Positions 1 to 10,710 of a stretch of 64,000 nt of DNA are shown piece after piece. The notes beneath the pieces were generated by a model, which ran no database searches, was not told the DNA's origin, and was given only the letters and a program-made list of their open reading frames with translations. The first letter of the stretch is position 1. Each line of letters opens with the position of its first letter. The position numbers were made by a program, and so were the translations under genes. The DNA comes from Candidatus Alloclostridium intestinigallinarum (lineage in GTDB: Bacteria; Bacillota; Clostridia; Christensenellales; UBA3700): the NCBI GenBank assembly GCA_904393845.1, contig CAJFNB010000001.1:127623-191622 (forward strand). The letters are read 5' to 3'.

Positions 1-795
1 TTAACCGATGCTTTAGACTATGCTGTTTTTCCTGCCGGCATTATTAAAAACAACCCTGTAAGGTATATCAAAAAGCCCATAGGGAAAACTGCACACAAGA
101 GAAAACCCTTATCCTTCGCTGATTTTTCAAAAATAGAAGCCCTGTTCCCTTTTGGAACAAAGTATCATATCCTTCTTGAGCTGGGCTGGAATTGTGGACT
201 GAGAATATCCGAAGCATTGGGGGTGACTTGGGATGACATAGATTTAAAAAATGGTATTATCCATATCGAACATCAATATATATCGAAGTCATCTCTCTTG
301 TTATCCCCAAAATATGGTTCTACCCGAGACATAAAAATTAGCGAACGTCTTCTTCAGATACTTATCGAAGAGTTTCATCGACAAGAGACTAATAAGGAGA
401 AATACGGTAACCTTTATACGTTGTATTACGGCAGGTATAAAACTATTGCGGGAGAGGAAGCAATTATCGTTACCGACAAAGTAACTGGCGACAACAGAGA
501 ATTAAAGTTTGTTTGTGTTGATGAAAATGGTGAAAAGGTGTCTCCAGGGGGAATAACGCATATGTCCAAAAAAATCAAGAAAACTCTTGGTTTCGATTTT
601 GAATACCACTCTCTTAGGCATAGTCACGCAACTATTTTAATAGATAATGGAGCTAATCCGAAGGCAGTACAACATAGGCTTGGGCATAAAGACATAAGAA
701 CAACATTAAATATCTATGTTCACGCAACGGATAAAATGGCAAGTGAGTCTGTAGATATATTTGAAAAGGCAGTAAATAGGGCTACACTTACTTAA
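1..795 (+). CDS. Tyrosine recombinase / phage-type integrase, C-terminal part (5' end outside window)
   Basis: Frame 1 is open from base 1 (LTDALDYAVFPAG...) and runs into ORF 217..795. Catalytic-domain motifs are GLRISEAL (Arg), HSLRHSHAT (H-x-x-R), LGHKDIRTT (His) and NIYVHAT (Tyr). Visibly AT-rich compared with downstream genes. Confidence 0.85.
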   Translation, partial: LTDALDYAVFPAGIIKNNPVRYIKKPIGKTAHKRKPLSFADFSKIEALFPFGTKYHILLELGWNCGLRISEALGVTWDDIDLKNGIIHIEHQYISKSSLLLSPKYGSTRDIKISERLLQILIEEFHRQETNKEKYGNLYTLYYGRYKTIAGEEAIIVTDKVTGDNRELKFVCVDENGEKVSPGGITHMSKKIKKTLGFDFEYHSLRHSHATILIDNGANPKAVQHRLGHKDIRTTLNIYVHATDKMASESVDIFEKAVNRATLT

Positions 796-1347
796 ACTCC
801 ATTCAGGAGAATGTAAGATTTTTGTAAAATGTAAACAGACTCCCTTGACAACGACAGTCTACATGATTATAATCCCACTAGGCTGGCTCTAAGAAAAGAC
901 TATAGCGTGTCCACGGAGTAAAAAAAGCGTGGACAATTCGTGGACAAACTCAGGAAAATTGAACACAAATATATAGTTAAATTCAAGTTTTCAAACATAT
1001 AGATATGATTTTCTGAGAATATCAATTGAAACAAAGCAAAAGCGCGGTTTTGCTTCGCTTATATATTATAATTGTTCCACCTTGTAAAAAACCTCAACAA
1101 AACGCACCGGAAGCGCTGTGCGCTTCACCACTGATTACTCTTTGAAGTAACAAAACGGAATTTCTAAGCAAATATCTTCGCAATACCCTTAATTTTCACC
1201 TTGTTAAACGCCGCAACCAAACGCACCGCGAAGAAGTGCCCTAATGCTAGGAAAGGCAATCTTTTTGCGAGCGAGCGTACTAGGCGTACGTGACTGAGGA
1301 AAAAGTTGGCTTGACACCGCAGGAGGGTGCTTATGCGCGGTGCCCTC

Positions 1348-1384
1348 GAAAAAAGAGAGGAAGCCTTGCCTCCTCTCTTTTTTT
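1348..1384 (-). terminator. Rho-independent terminator downstream of rpsR (bidirectional shape)
   Basis: Stem agagagga (1354-1361) pairs with tcctctct (1371-1378). It is flanked by an A-run on one side and a T-run on the other. Confidence 0.7.
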
Positions 1385-1406
1385 ACAATATACGTTAATC
1401 TAAGGG

Positions 1407-1667
1407 TTAGTCTGCTACATAAGGCAGCAACGCCATAACCCTTGCTCTCTTGATTGCTTCGGCAACCATGCGCTGGTGTCTGGCGCAGGTACCGGTCATG
1501 CGGCGGGGCATAATCTTGCCGCTTTCGGTGATGTATCTGCGCAGCTTGGCGACGTCCTTGTAGTCGATTTCGTCAACTTTGTCCACACAGAAATTGCAAA
1601 CCTTCTTATGGGGTACCCTTTTGGCAGGGCGTGCCGGTTTTACAACCTTTTCTTTTTCTTCAGCCAT
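1407..1667 (-). CDS. rpsR: 30S ribosomal protein S18
   Basis: 86 aa. [46 protein letters not shown] is a typical S18 sequence. Sits in the rpsF-ssb-rpsR arrangement. Confidence 0.95.
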   Translation of the reverse strand: MAEEKEKVVKPARPAKRVPHKKVCNFCVDKVDEIDYKDVAKLRRYITESGKIMPRRMTGTCARHQRMVAEAIKRARVMALLPYVAD

Positions 1668-1683
1668 TTTATTTTACTCCTTA

Positions 1684-2112
1684 TTAGAACGGAAGGTCGT
1701 CGTCGTCCACGGGCGTGAGGTCCTGGACGGGACGGGGCGCTTCCCTGCGAGCGGGCGCTTCGTGATAGTTATTGTTTTCGCCGCCGCTCCTGTCGCCGCC
1801 GGAAGGCAAAAATTCCACTTCGTCCGCCACCACGTCGACAGCCTGTCTGCGCGAGCCGTCCTGGGCTTCGTAATTGCGGATTTGTATGGAACCGCTTACC
1901 GCGACTTTTCTGCCCTTGCTGAGGACCTTGCCGCAGGATTCGGCAACGCCTCTCCAGGTTACTACGTTAAAAAAGTCGGTGTTATTGTTGTTGTCGTCCC
2001 TGGAAAAACGACGGTTGACCGCGATAGCGAACCTGCACATGGGAATACCGCTGGCAGTAGTGCTCACTTCCGGATCTCTCGTCAGATTTCCAATCAAAAA
2101 TACTTTGTTCAT
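1684..2112 (-). CDS. ssb: Single-stranded DNA-binding protein
   Basis: MNKVFLIGNLTRDPE OB-fold N-terminus, Gly/Pro-rich linker and acidic C-terminal tip DDDDLPF. Confidence 0.95.
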   Translation of the reverse strand: MNKVFLIGNLTRDPEVSTTASGIPMCRFAIAVNRRFSRDDNNNNTDFFNVVTWRGVAESCGKVLSKGRKVAVSGSIQIRNYEAQDGSRRQAVDVVADEVEFLPSGGDRSGGENNNYHEAPARREAPRPVQDLTPVDDDDLPF

Positions 2113-2121
2113 TTTTCCCTC

Positions 2122-2403
2122 TTACTTTCTTACCGTCATGATTCGGACGGTTTCGTCCATTATGCGTACAAGTCTGTCCAACTCCGCGGGAACGGAAGCG
2201 GGCGCATTGAAGTTCATAAGAACGTAGTAGCCTTCGTTTTTGAAGTTGATGGGATAAGCGTATTTGCGCATGCCCCACTTGTCCACGTTCAGCACTTCGC
2301 CGCCGCTTGCCGTAACGGCTTCACTGAGCTTGTCGATGACAGCCTGCTTGCCTTCGTCGGTAACGTCTTTGTCGATAATGTAAAGCGCTTCGTACTTGTT
2401 CAT
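2122..2403 (-). CDS. rpsF: 30S ribosomal protein S6
   Basis: MNKYEALYIIDKDVTDE...MRKYAYPINF is an S6-like sequence. First gene of the rpsF-ssb-rpsR operon. Confidence 0.93.
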   Translation of the reverse strand: MNKYEALYIIDKDVTDEGKQAVIDKLSEAVTASGGEVLNVDKWGMRKYAYPINFKNEGYYVLMNFNAPASVPAELDRLVRIMDETVRIMTVRK

Positions 2404-2634
2404 AGTCTACCTCCTTTTGGTCTTACGTCCCCCGCACCTGACGCGGGAGCAAGGAATCGCCTTATGCGATGTGTAATAAATATACCACACGAATTGCGCA
2501 AAGTAAAGCAAAATGAGCAAATTTTCCCCTCTTTTTTGCCGTAAATTGCGCGTAATATATGCCGTACGCCGAAAAAACATTTGATATTGCCGCCGATTTA
2601 TTGTATAATGTGAAAAAACAGGAGGATCATTACA

Positions 2635-3498
2635 ATGAGCATATATATTTTTACCGAAATTACCGCCGATTACCCGAAGGACTGTCCCGGAAAAGATCTG
2701 ACCGTTCTGCCCATGACGGTAAGCATAGGCGACGATTCTTACGACAATATCACCACGTTCATCTCGCCCAAGGAATTTTACGAGCGTATGCAGGCGGGCG
2801 CGCTTACGAATACCGCGATGGTACAGCCTTATATAGCGAAAGAGGCTTTTGAAGAAAAGCTCAAAGAAGGTTACGACGTGCTTTACGTCGGGTTTTCTTC
2901 CGCGCTTTCGGGCACTTATGCCGGCTGTGCGCGCGTAATAGCGGAACTCGCCGGGGAATATCCCGACCGCAAGATAGCCGCCGTGGATTCTCTCAACGCG
3001 AGCGCGGGCGAAGGTCTGCTTTTGTGGTATACCGTTCAAAAGCGCGACGAAGGCGCTTCTTTCGAAGAACTCGTCGAATACGTAAAGAATCTTGTTCCCA
3101 AAACCGTGGCGCTGTTCACGGTTGACGATCTGCGCCACCTCGCGCGCCTGGGCAGATGTTCCAAGGCTTCGGCAATGATAGGCACGGCGATGCAGATAAA
3201 ACCCGTACTGCACGTGGACGACGAAGGCAGACTCATGCCCTACACCAAAGTAATATCCCGCAAAAAGGCGCTGAAAGCTCTGGTTGACGGCATGGAAGAA
3301 CGTATGCTGCCCAAAGAAGATCAGAAGAAAGTGTTCATAGGTCACGGCGCGTGCTATGAAGACGCCCTTTTGGTCAAAAAACTCATAGAAGACAGACTGG
3401 ACGTGCACACCGTGGAGATATGCGATATAGGTCCCGTCATAGGCGCGCATACCAATGCGGGAGTTGTTGCCTTATTCTTCCTGGGAAAAAATAAATAA
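2635..3498 (+). CDS. DegV family fatty-acid-binding protein
   Basis: 287 aa. IYIFTEITADYP N-terminus and GFSSALSGTY motif are typical of DegV/EDD-fold proteins. Confidence 0.85.
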   Translation: MSIYIFTEITADYPKDCPGKDLTVLPMTVSIGDDSYDNITTFISPKEFYERMQAGALTNTAMVQPYIAKEAFEEKLKEGYDVLYVGFSSALSGTYAGCARVIAELAGEYPDRKIAAVDSLNASAGEGLLLWYTVQKRDEGASFEELVEYVKNLVPKTVALFTVDDLRHLARLGRCSKASAMIGTAMQIKPVLHVDDEGRLMPYTKVISRKKALKALVDGMEERMLPKEDQKKVFIGHGACYEDALLVKKLIEDRLDVHTVEICDIGPVIGAHTNAGVVALFFLGKNK

Positions 3499-3530
3499 TA
3501 TATAGGCGAAAACCGTTAATTCAAAAATAT

Positions 3531-3566
3531 ACGGGCGGCAAACAATTTTGCCGTCCGTAATTTTTT
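3531..3566 (+). terminator. Rho-independent terminator of the degV-like gene
   Basis: An 11-bp stem, acgggcggcaa / ttgccgtccgt, followed by aatttttt. Confidence 0.75.
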
Positions 3567-3744
3567 CATACACTTTTTCCGCCCACGAAGGCACCGCATA
3601 TAAGGCGCGTGATACTTTGTCAAAGCAGTTTTTTTCTCAGGTTACGTACGCCGAGTACGCGCCCATCGCAAAAAACTACTTTTCCTCGTCTGACACGCCT
3701 TCTCTGCGGTGCGTTTCAGCACGGCTACAAAGCGGTATAAATCA

Positions 3745-3845
3745 AAAGCATTGCGAAGATAATACTATAAAATCATATTTTTGTTACTTCAAGGCGGTTA
3801 AGGGTGCGGCGGCTCGCCGCGGGTGGAGCGTCCCACGCTCCCGGC
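3745..3845 (-). repeat. Copy of the modular intergenic repeat family (hairpin module plus cttcgcaat module)
   Basis: The reverse complement reads gggagcgtgggacgctccaccc ... gcggcgagccgccgc ... ccttgaagtaac ... tcttcgcaatgctt. This matches the 108-bp unit at 26791-27100. It abuts the trpA stop codon. Confidence 0.55.
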
Positions 3846-4642
3846 TATACGAGGGCGCTTTTCATACTTGCGACAAAGTCCCGTATATATGCGGGCGCGT
3901 CCTTACCGTACTTTTCAAGTAATTTGATAATGGCGGAACCGACGATTACGCCGTCGGCGGAAGCGGACATTTTTTTCGCCTGCACGGGTGTGGAGATACC
4001 GAACCCCACGGCGCAGGGGATATCCGTGCTTTTTCTTACTTCCGCGACAATGGCGGAAAGGTCTGTGTCTATATTTTCTCTCGCACCCGTCACGCCCAGG
4101 CTGGAGACGATATACAAAAATCCTTCCGCCTCTTTCGCTATCATGGCGATACGGTCAAGCGAAGTGGGCGCAATCATGGAGATGAGGTCCACGCCGTACT
4201 TGCGGCATACGGGCAGAAATTCGTCCTTTTCCTCGTAAGGAACGTCGGGCAGAATAAGTCCGTCTATACCTATATCCGCGCAGGCGGAGATAAACTTTTC
4301 CGCGCCGTAGGAAAATACGACGTTGGCGTACGTCATAAACACCAGCGGAACAGTCACGTCGCGGCGCAGTCTGCGCACGAAGGCGAAAATTTTGTCCGTC
4401 GTGACTCCTCCGCGCAGCGCGCGCACGTTCGCGCCCTGAATGACCGGCCCTTCCGCGGTCGGATCGGAAAAAGGAATGCCCAGCTCTATTAAACCGGCGC
4501 CGCCGTCTACCGCCGCGCGGACGGCTTTTTCCGTAGTTTCCAGATCGGGGTCGCCGCAGGTGATGAACGCGATAAACGCCTTGCCTTTTTCAAACGCTTT
4601 TTTTATATTACTCATATATGTCTTCTCCTCTGTAACGGGCAA
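3845..4642 (-). CDS. trpA: Tryptophan synthase alpha chain
   Basis: 265 aa with [15 protein letters not shown] motif. Last gene of the trp operon. Confidence 0.95.
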   Translation of the reverse strand: MPVTEEKTYMSNIKKAFEKGKAFIAFITCGDPDLETTEKAVRAAVDGGAGLIELGIPFSDPTAEGPVIQGANVRALRGGVTTDKIFAFVRRLRRDVTVPLVFMTYANVVFSYGAEKFISACADIGIDGLILPDVPYEEKDEFLPVCRKYGVDLISMIAPTSLDRIAMIAKEAEGFLYIVSSLGVTGARENIDTDLSAIVAEVRKSTDIPCAVGFGISTPVQAKKMSASADGVIVGSAIIKLLEKYGKDAPAYIRDFVASMKSALV

Positions 4643-5798
4643 TCGCCGCGCAGTCCTTGTCTCCCCTTCCCGAAACGGTTATGACGATTATCTTGTCCTT
4701 TCCCATACCGGGAGCAATCTTCATGGCGTGCGCCACCGCGTGCGCCGACTCTATCGCGGGAATAATGCCCTCCGTCTTTGCCAGATATTCGAACGCATTA
4801 ACCGCCTCTTCGTCCGTGACGGGCACGTATTCCGCCCTGCCCGTATCGTGCAGATGCGCGTGCTCGGGTCCCACACCGGGATAGTCAAGTCCGGCGGAAA
4901 TGGAGTACACGGGTGCTATCTGTCCGTATTTATCCTGGCAGAAATACGACTTCATGCCATGGAATATTCCCACTTTACCGGTATTTAGGGTGGCTGCCGT
5001 TTCAAAAGTGTCTATTCCCCTGCCGGCGGCTTCGCATCCGATGAGTCTGACGGTCTTATCCGGTATGAAGTGGTAAAAACTGCCTATCGCGTTGGAGCCG
5101 CCGCCCACGCACGCGATAACCGCGTCGGGAAGCCTTCCTTCCTTTTGCAGAATCTGCTCCTTTATCTCGCGCGATATGACCGCCTGAAAATCGCGCACGA
5201 TAGTGGGAAAAGGATGGGGACCCATGACCGAACCCAGGCAGTAGTGCGTGTCGGAAATGCGGGAAGTCCATTCGCGCATTGCCTCTGAAACGGCGTCCTT
5301 CAGCGTTGCCGTACCCGTCTTTACGGGGACGACTTCCGCGCCCAGCAGGCGCATACGGTATACGTTGAGCGCCTGGCGGACGGTGTCTTCCGCGCCCATG
5401 AAAACCACGCACTCCATACCCATGAGCGCGGCGGCGGTGGCTGTGGCTACGCCGTGCTGTCCCGCGCCCGTTTCCGCGATAAGGCGCGTTTTGCCCATCT
5501 TTTTGGCAAGAAGCGCCTGCCCCAGCACGTTGTTTATCTTATGCGCGCCCGTGTGGTTCAGATCCTCGCGCTTCAGGTATATCTTCGCGCCGCCGAGATC
5601 CGCCGTCATCTTCTTGGCGAAATACAGTCTGGACGGCCTGCCCGCGTATTCGTTTAGAAGTTCGGTGAGTTCGTCGTTGAACGCCTTGTCGTTTTTGTAG
5701 CGGTTGTACGCTTTTTCCAATTCGATAACGGCGTTCATCAACGTTTCGGGGATATACTGTCCGCCGTAAATACCGAATCTCCCTTCAGGATTTGTCAT
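4608..5798 (-). CDS. trpB: Tryptophan synthase beta chain
   Basis: 396 aa with the PLP-lysine motif [11 protein letters not shown]. Overlaps trpA by 35 nt. Confidence 0.96.
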   Translation of the reverse strand: MTNPEGRFGIYGGQYIPETLMNAVIELEKAYNRYKNDKAFNDELTELLNEYAGRPSRLYFAKKMTADLGGAKIYLKREDLNHTGAHKINNVLGQALLAKKMGKTRLIAETGAGQHGVATATAAALMGMECVVFMGAEDTVRQALNVYRMRLLGAEVVPVKTGTATLKDAVSEAMREWTSRISDTHYCLGSVMGPHPFPTIVRDFQAVISREIKEQILQKEGRLPDAVIACVGGGSNAIGSFYHFIPDKTVRLIGCEAAGRGIDTFETAATLNTGKVGIFHGMKSYFCQDKYGQIAPVYSISAGLDYPGVGPEHAHLHDTGRAEYVPVTDEEAVNAFEYLAKTEGIIPAIESAHAVAHAMKIAPGMGKDKIIVITVSGRGDKDCAAIARYRGEDIYE

Positions 5799-6405
5799 CT
5801 TTTCCGTCTGCCTCCCTTACTGCGGCGACGAACGCCGCTATTTTGTTTTTGTCTTTATATCCGTCCGTTTCCACGCCCGAACTCACGTCGACCGCAAACG
5901 GGTGCAGGATTCGTACCGCATTTTCCGCATTGCCGCAGGACAGTCCGCCCGCCAGAAAATACTGCCGGTTTATTCCGCGGAGCAGCCGCCAGTCGAACGC
6001 TTTGCCGCTGCCCGCACCGGAATCAAGCAGGATATAGTCTGCGCGGCTTTTCTCCGCTTCTTCCGCGTCCTTTTCCGCTTTAACGCGGAACGCCCTTATG
6101 ATTTTTTTGTCCGTCAGCCCTTTCAGCCGCTCTATATACCCGTCGTCTTCGCGCCCGTGGAGCTGTGCCATATCTATAACGCCGCCGTTAAGCAGCCGAG
6201 CCACTTTTCCGCAGTCCTCGTCGACGAATACCCCTACCGCCGTAATGCCGGGCGAAAGTGCCGCCTTGAGTTCCGCCGCCCTTTCACAGGATATAAAGCG
6301 GCGGCTTGAGGGCGCGAATACGAATCCGGCATAGTCGGGCATACACGCGTTTACCGCGGAAATATCGCTTAAACGGGAAAGCCCGCATATCTTTATCCTT
6401 GTCAA
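5785..6405 (-). CDS. trpF: Phosphoribosylanthranilate isomerase
   Basis: 206 aa with [10 protein letters not shown]-terminus. Position between trpC and trpB. Confidence 0.9.
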   Translation of the reverse strand: MTRIKICGLSRLSDISAVNACMPDYAGFVFAPSSRRFISCERAAELKAALSPGITAVGVFVDEDCGKVARLLNGGVIDMAQLHGREDDGYIERLKGLTDKKIIRAFRVKAEKDAEEAEKSRADYILLDSGAGSGKAFDWRLLRGINRQYFLAGGLSCGNAENAVRILHPFAVDVSSGVETDGYKDKNKIAAFVAAVREADGKDDKS

Positions 6406-7184
6406 AGCAAGCTCCTCAATTCGTCAAGTTTCGCCCTCTTGTCGGGCGCGCGCATGAGCGTTTCGCCTATCAATACCGCGTCCGCGCCCATGTCCCTTAT
6501 CTTCGCCACGTCCTCCGCGCTTTTAACGCCGCTTTCCGACACGAACAGTATATCGCGAGGAATCAGATCGCGCAGTCTGCAACTGTTCCGCGTATCCACG
6601 GAAAAGTCTTTCAGGTTCCTGTTGTTCACGCCGATGACGCGCGCGCCCGCCTCTACCGCCGCTTCGGCTTCGCCTTCGTCGTGCGCTTCGACAAGGGCGG
6701 TAAGTCCGAGAAGGTCGCACACGCCGATATATTCTTTCAATTGCTCTTTTTCCAGTATCGCGCAGATGAGCAGCACCGCCTGCGCTCCCAGCAGTTTCGC
6801 CCCGTAAATCATGTACTCGTCCACCACGAAGTCCTTGCGCAGGCAGGGGACGGATACGGCGGCGGCAATCTCTTTCAGATATTCTCCGCTTCCCAGAAAA
6901 CGGCCGGGTTCGGTGAGTACGGATATGCAGTCCGCCCCTGCCGCTTCGTACTCCTTTGCGATATGCAGATAGGGGAAATCGGGAGAAATAAGCCCTTTGG
7001 ACGGGGACGCTTTCTTACATTCGCATATGAAGGAAAGCCCCGGCTTTTTCAGCGCGTTTTCAAAGGCGTACTCTCCCCTTTCAAGCGCTTCCGCACGCCG
7101 CCTTATCTCCTGCGCGGACACGGCAGCTTTCGCCGCCTTCACGCGTTCGCGCGCGCTTTCGGCAAGTTCTTCCAGAATGGTCAT
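6402..7184 (-). CDS. trpC: Indole-3-glycerol phosphate synthase
   Basis: 260 aa with [15 protein letters not shown] motif. Has a 4-nt overlap with each neighbour. Confidence 0.93.
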   Translation of the reverse strand: MTILEELAESARERVKAAKAAVSAQEIRRRAEALERGEYAFENALKKPGLSFICECKKASPSKGLISPDFPYLHIAKEYEAAGADCISVLTEPGRFLGSGEYLKEIAAAVSVPCLRKDFVVDEYMIYGAKLLGAQAVLLICAILEKEQLKEYIGVCDLLGLTALVEAHDEGEAEAAVEAGARVIGVNNRNLKDFSVDTRNSCRLRDLIPRDILFVSESGVKSAEDVAKIRDMGADAVLIGETLMRAPDKRAKLDELRSLL

Positions 7185-8212
7185 TGCGCTTCCTCCGCGG
7201 CGTTGCTTATCCGTATGACGTCGTCAAGCGTTTTGCGCGCCTTGCCCGAATCTATCAGCTCGCCCGCAAGCGCGATCCCCTCTTTCATGCTCTCCGCCTT
7301 TCCGCCGATATACAGCGCCGCGCCCGCATTCAGAAGCACCGCGTTTCTCTTTGCGCCCCTTTCCCCGTCTAAAAGCGAAAGGGTTATACGCGCGTTCTCC
7401 TGCGGCGTGCCGCCCCTCAGGTCTTCCCTGCGGCAACGCTCCATTCCGAAGTCTTCCGGCTTTATCGTATAATTTTTTATCCAGCCGTCCTTTATTTCGC
7501 ACACCGAAGTGGGCGCGCCCAGCGATATTTCGTCCAGCTTGTCCCTGCCGTAAACCACCATGCCGCGCCTTACTCCGAGTTCGGTGAGCACCTGCGCCAG
7601 CGGCTCGATAAGATATTCGTCGTACACGCCCAGAAGCTGCAGGGCGGGACGCGCGGGATTTGTCAAAGGTCCGAGGATATTGAACACGGTTCTGAAACCC
7701 AGCTCCTTGCGGATTGCCCCGACGTATTTCATGGACGTGTGGTATTCCTGCGCAAAGAAAAAGCACATACCAGCCTTTTCCAGCAGTTCCACACATTTTT
7801 TCGGACTTTGGCGTATGTTCACGCCCAGCGCTTCCAGACAGTCTGCCGTTCCGCATTGGGAAGAAGCCGCGCGGTTGCCGTGCTTGGCAATCTTCACTCC
7901 GCCAGCCGCCGCCACGAGCGCGGACGTTGTGGAGATGTTGAAACTTCCGGCGTTATCGCCGCCCGTGCCGACTATCTCCATGACCTCCATGCCCGTTTCC
8001 ACCTTTTTGGCGTGCTCCCTCATCGCGGCGGCGCAACCGGCTATTTCATCCTTCGTTTCCGCCCTCGCGCTCTTTGTGGACAGCGCCGCCAGAAACGCGG
8101 CGTTCTGCGTGGCGGAAGTTTCGCCGCCCATGATTTCGTTCATCACCGCATACGCTTCGCCGTACGAAAGGTCTTCTTTGTTTACTATCTTTACTATGGC
8201 TTCCTTTATCAT
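7181..8212 (-). CDS. trpD: Anthranilate phosphoribosyltransferase
   Basis: 343 aa with the motifs [18 protein letters not shown] and KHGNRAASS. Confidence 0.94.
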   Translation of the reverse strand: MIKEAIVKIVNKEDLSYGEAYAVMNEIMGGETSATQNAAFLAALSTKSARAETKDEIAGCAAAMREHAKKVETGMEVMEIVGTGGDNAGSFNISTTSALVAAAGGVKIAKHGNRAASSQCGTADCLEALGVNIRQSPKKCVELLEKAGMCFFFAQEYHTSMKYVGAIRKELGFRTVFNILGPLTNPARPALQLLGVYDEYLIEPLAQVLTELGVRRGMVVYGRDKLDEISLGAPTSVCEIKDGWIKNYTIKPEDFGMERCRREDLRGGTPQENARITLSLLDGERGAKRNAVLLNAGAALYIGGKAESMKEGIALAGELIDSGKARKTLDDVIRISNAAEEAQ

Positions 8213-8784
8213 TACAGCATCTCCTTTATAAAGTTTTCGAGCATACGCTTTCCGTTCGGGGTGAGTATGGATTCGGGGTGGAACTGCACGCCGAAAACGG
8301 GATATTTTTTATGTTGCACAGCCATAACCTCGCCGTCGTCCGTAACCGCGGTGACTTTAAGACATTCGGGAATGGTGTCCGCGTCCGCCGCAAGCGAGTG
8401 GTATCGCGCCACAAGTTCGACTTCGTCGCACCCGTAAAACAACAGACACTCCCTGTCGATTTTCACGACGGACTGCTTGCCGTGCATGAGTTTTTTCGCG
8501 TAAGTCACGGTTGCGCCGTACGCCGCGCATACCGCCTGGTGACCCAGACACACGCCCAGCACGGGGATTTCCTTCCCCAGCGTCTTTACGACGTTTATTA
8601 TTACGCCGGCGTTTTCCGGTCTGCCCGGTCCGGGGGATATGATAATGCGTTCCGGGTGCAGATTTCTTATCTGCTCCACGGTGAGTTCGTCGTTGCGGAT
8701 AACCGTTATATCGGGGTTTATTTCCCCGGTCAGCTGGTACAGATTGTAGGAAAAACTGTCGTAATTGTCGATGAGCAGTATCAT
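8212..8784 (-). CDS. trpG: Anthranilate synthase component II (glutamine amidotransferase)
   Basis: 190 aa. [18 protein letters not shown]-terminus, GVCLGHQ catalytic Cys and FHPES. Sits between trpE and trpD. Confidence 0.9.
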   Translation of the reverse strand: MILLIDNYDSFSYNLYQLTGEINPDITVIRNDELTVEQIRNLHPERIIISPGPGRPENAGVIINVVKTLGKEIPVLGVCLGHQAVCAAYGATVTYAKKLMHGKQSVVKIDRECLLFYGCDEVELVARYHSLAADADTIPECLKVTAVTDDGEVMAVQHKKYPVFGVQFHPESILTPNGKRMLENFIKEML

Positions 8785-10247
8785 AATTCATCCTCCTGCG
8801 CAAGTTCCAGCGCTTTAAGCGATGCCTTCGCCTTGTTCAGACATTCCAGATACTCCTTTTCGGGATCGGAATCCGCAACTATTCCCGCGCCGCTGCGCAC
8901 GAATACCTTGCCGTTTTTTTTGTAAACTATGCGTATGGCAATGCAGGTATCCATATTTCCCGTAAAGTCTATGTACCCGATGGCTCCGCCGTATATGCCG
9001 CGCTTGTTGTTTTCAAGCTCCGCAATCAGCCCGCACGCGCGTATCTTGGGCGCTCCCGAAAGCGTTCCCGCAGGCAGTACCGCCTCTACCGCGTCGAGCG
9101 CGTCCTTGCCCTCCCTTATCTCTCCGCGAATGGTCGAGCCAATGTGCATGACGTGCGAAAACTTCTCCACCGCGTGCAGTTTTTCCACCCTGACGGAGCC
9201 GAATCTGCTTATTTTTCCCAGGTCGTTCCTGCCCAGGTCCACCAGCATATCGTGCTCGGAAAGTTCCTTTTCGTCCGCAAGCAGTTCCCTTTCAAGCTCC
9301 TTGTCCTCCTCTTCCGTCACGCCGCGCCGGCGCGTCCCGGCAAGGGGGAAAGTGTGCAGGATTCCGTCTTCCAGCCTGACGAGCGTTTCGGGCGAAGCCC
9401 CCGCCACTTCCACGTCCGTTCCCGAAAAATAGAACATATAGGGGGAAGGATTTATCGTGCGCAAAACGCGGTAGGTATTCAATAAACTGCCCTCGAACGG
9501 CGCGCTCAGGCGGTTGGAAAGCACTATCTGGAATATATCCCCTTCGCGGATATATCTTTTCGCCCGCTCCACCATGCCGCAGTACTGCTCTTTGCCGAAA
9601 AGCGGAACGACTTTGCCTTTCAGTCTGCCGCCCGGCTCTTCTTCCCTGTTTCCGCGGCGCAGAAGGCGGATAAGCCCTTTTATTTCCTCAACCGCTTTGC
9701 CGTACTCCCTCTCCACGTCCGTAAGCGGCATATTGACGATGAGTATTATCTTCTGCCGCAGGTTGTCGAAGGCGATGACCTTGTCGAAAAGCATCAGGTC
9801 CACGTCCTTGAAGTTCTCCGTATCCTCCGCGTCGCATCTCACCGCGGGTTCGCTGTACCCCAGATAGTCGTAGGAAAAATATCCCACCAGACCGCCCGTG
9901 AAGGGCGGCAGATAGTCAAAGCGCGGAGCTTTATACTCTTTGAGTATTTTGCGGATATATCCGGACGGGTCGTCCGTTCTTATCTCTCCGCCGCCCGCCT
10001 GCAAGACTCCGTTTACGCAGGTTATCTCCGTTTTCGGCTCAAAGCCCAGAAATGTGTATCTCCCCCACTTTTCGTCCGCCTGGGCGGATTCCAGCATATA
10101 GCAGTGCGCGGACGAGTTTTTCAGTATCCTCAGCGCCTCGATGGGCGTGATGAAGTCGGACAGAATTTCACAGCTGACGGGCAGAACGCGGTATTTTCCG
10201 TCCGCGGCTATCCTTCCGATTTCACTCAAAACGGGCAAGATTTCCAT
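8781..10247 (-). CDS. trpE: Anthranilate synthase component I
   Basis: 488 aa with chorismate-binding motifs GTLSGAPKIRA and GGAIGY. Confidence 0.94.
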   Translation of the reverse strand: MEILPVLSEIGRIAADGKYRVLPVSCEILSDFITPIEALRILKNSSAHCYMLESAQADEKWGRYTFLGFEPKTEITCVNGVLQAGGGEIRTDDPSGYIRKILKEYKAPRFDYLPPFTGGLVGYFSYDYLGYSEPAVRCDAEDTENFKDVDLMLFDKVIAFDNLRQKIILIVNMPLTDVEREYGKAVEEIKGLIRLLRRGNREEEPGGRLKGKVVPLFGKEQYCGMVERAKRYIREGDIFQIVLSNRLSAPFEGSLLNTYRVLRTINPSPYMFYFSGTDVEVAGASPETLVRLEDGILHTFPLAGTRRRGVTEEEDKELERELLADEKELSEHDMLVDLGRNDLGKISRFGSVRVEKLHAVEKFSHVMHIGSTIRGEIREGKDALDAVEAVLPAGTLSGAPKIRACGLIAELENNKRGIYGGAIGYIDFTGNMDTCIAIRIVYKKNGKVFVRSGAGIVADSDPEKEYLECLNKAKASLKALELAQEDEL

Positions 10248-10261
10248 ATCTTTATTCCTCC

Positions 10262-10582
10262 GGATAAAAAAATGCTTCTTCGGCTTACTGCCAAAGAAGC
10301 AAAAAGTCCCTGACAGAAAGTACTCTTGTCAAGGACGAATAACAAATTATCCGCGGTGCCACCTTGAATTCACGGAACGACCCGTGCACTTAGCAGGATA
10401 CCAACATATCCCCGGCAAATTACGTCTGCCTGCAACGTCGCAGAATACTTTGCGGTTTTCCGCATTTGACCTGCGCCCTCCGCGGTCCATTTGACAACTT
10501 GTTTCCCACCCGACTCTCACCGACGCAGGCTCTCTGTAAGGGCATGATTGCCGTTATCTCCGCATCAACGGTTTATTGAATT
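10262..10582 (-). promoter_or_regulatory. T-box leader (tRNA-Trp responsive) of the trp operon, with intrinsic terminator
   Basis: The minus strand reads caAGGTGGCACCGCGGataa (10351-10365), matching the conserved T-box core. A terminator gcttctttgg/ccgaagaagc plus T-run lies at 10264-10300. An AGAGA/GAGAG stem-I region is followed by aaaUGGacc (UGG at 10487-10489). Confidence 0.8.
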
Positions 10583-10588
10583 GTGCTC

Positions 10589-10617
10589 AGTATAGCACTC
10601 TTTTTCCGCATTGTCAA
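10589..10617 (-). promoter_or_regulatory. Sigma-70-type promoter of the trp operon
   Basis: Minus strand has TTGACA, a 17-nt spacer and TATACT, with TG at -15/-14. It lies upstream of the T-box leader. Confidence 0.6.
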
Positions 10618-10710
10618 CAGTATTTTCAGATTTTTTACATTGCGCCGCCAAAATGCCGTCCGGCGACAGCGAGTCTTGAAAAACCGTTTGCAAAGTGGTA
10701 TTATTTATAT

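Noticed and set aside
796-1400. tRNA gene as integration target next to the integrase
   Set aside because: I could not trace a cloverleaf, and there are no GTTCGAATC-like T-arm or acceptor-stem pairings. This should still be confirmed with tRNAscan-SE.
8212-8784. Annotating the amidotransferase as pabA rather than trpG
   Set aside because: It is embedded between trpE and trpD with overlapping stop and start codons, so trpG is the parsimonious call. A dual TrpG/PabA role cannot be excluded.
10576-10710. TTG start at 10576 giving a 408-aa esterase
   Set aside because: The extension overlaps the trp promoter and leader on the other strand and has non-coding-looking sequence. The ATG at 10711 directly follows a good promoter.
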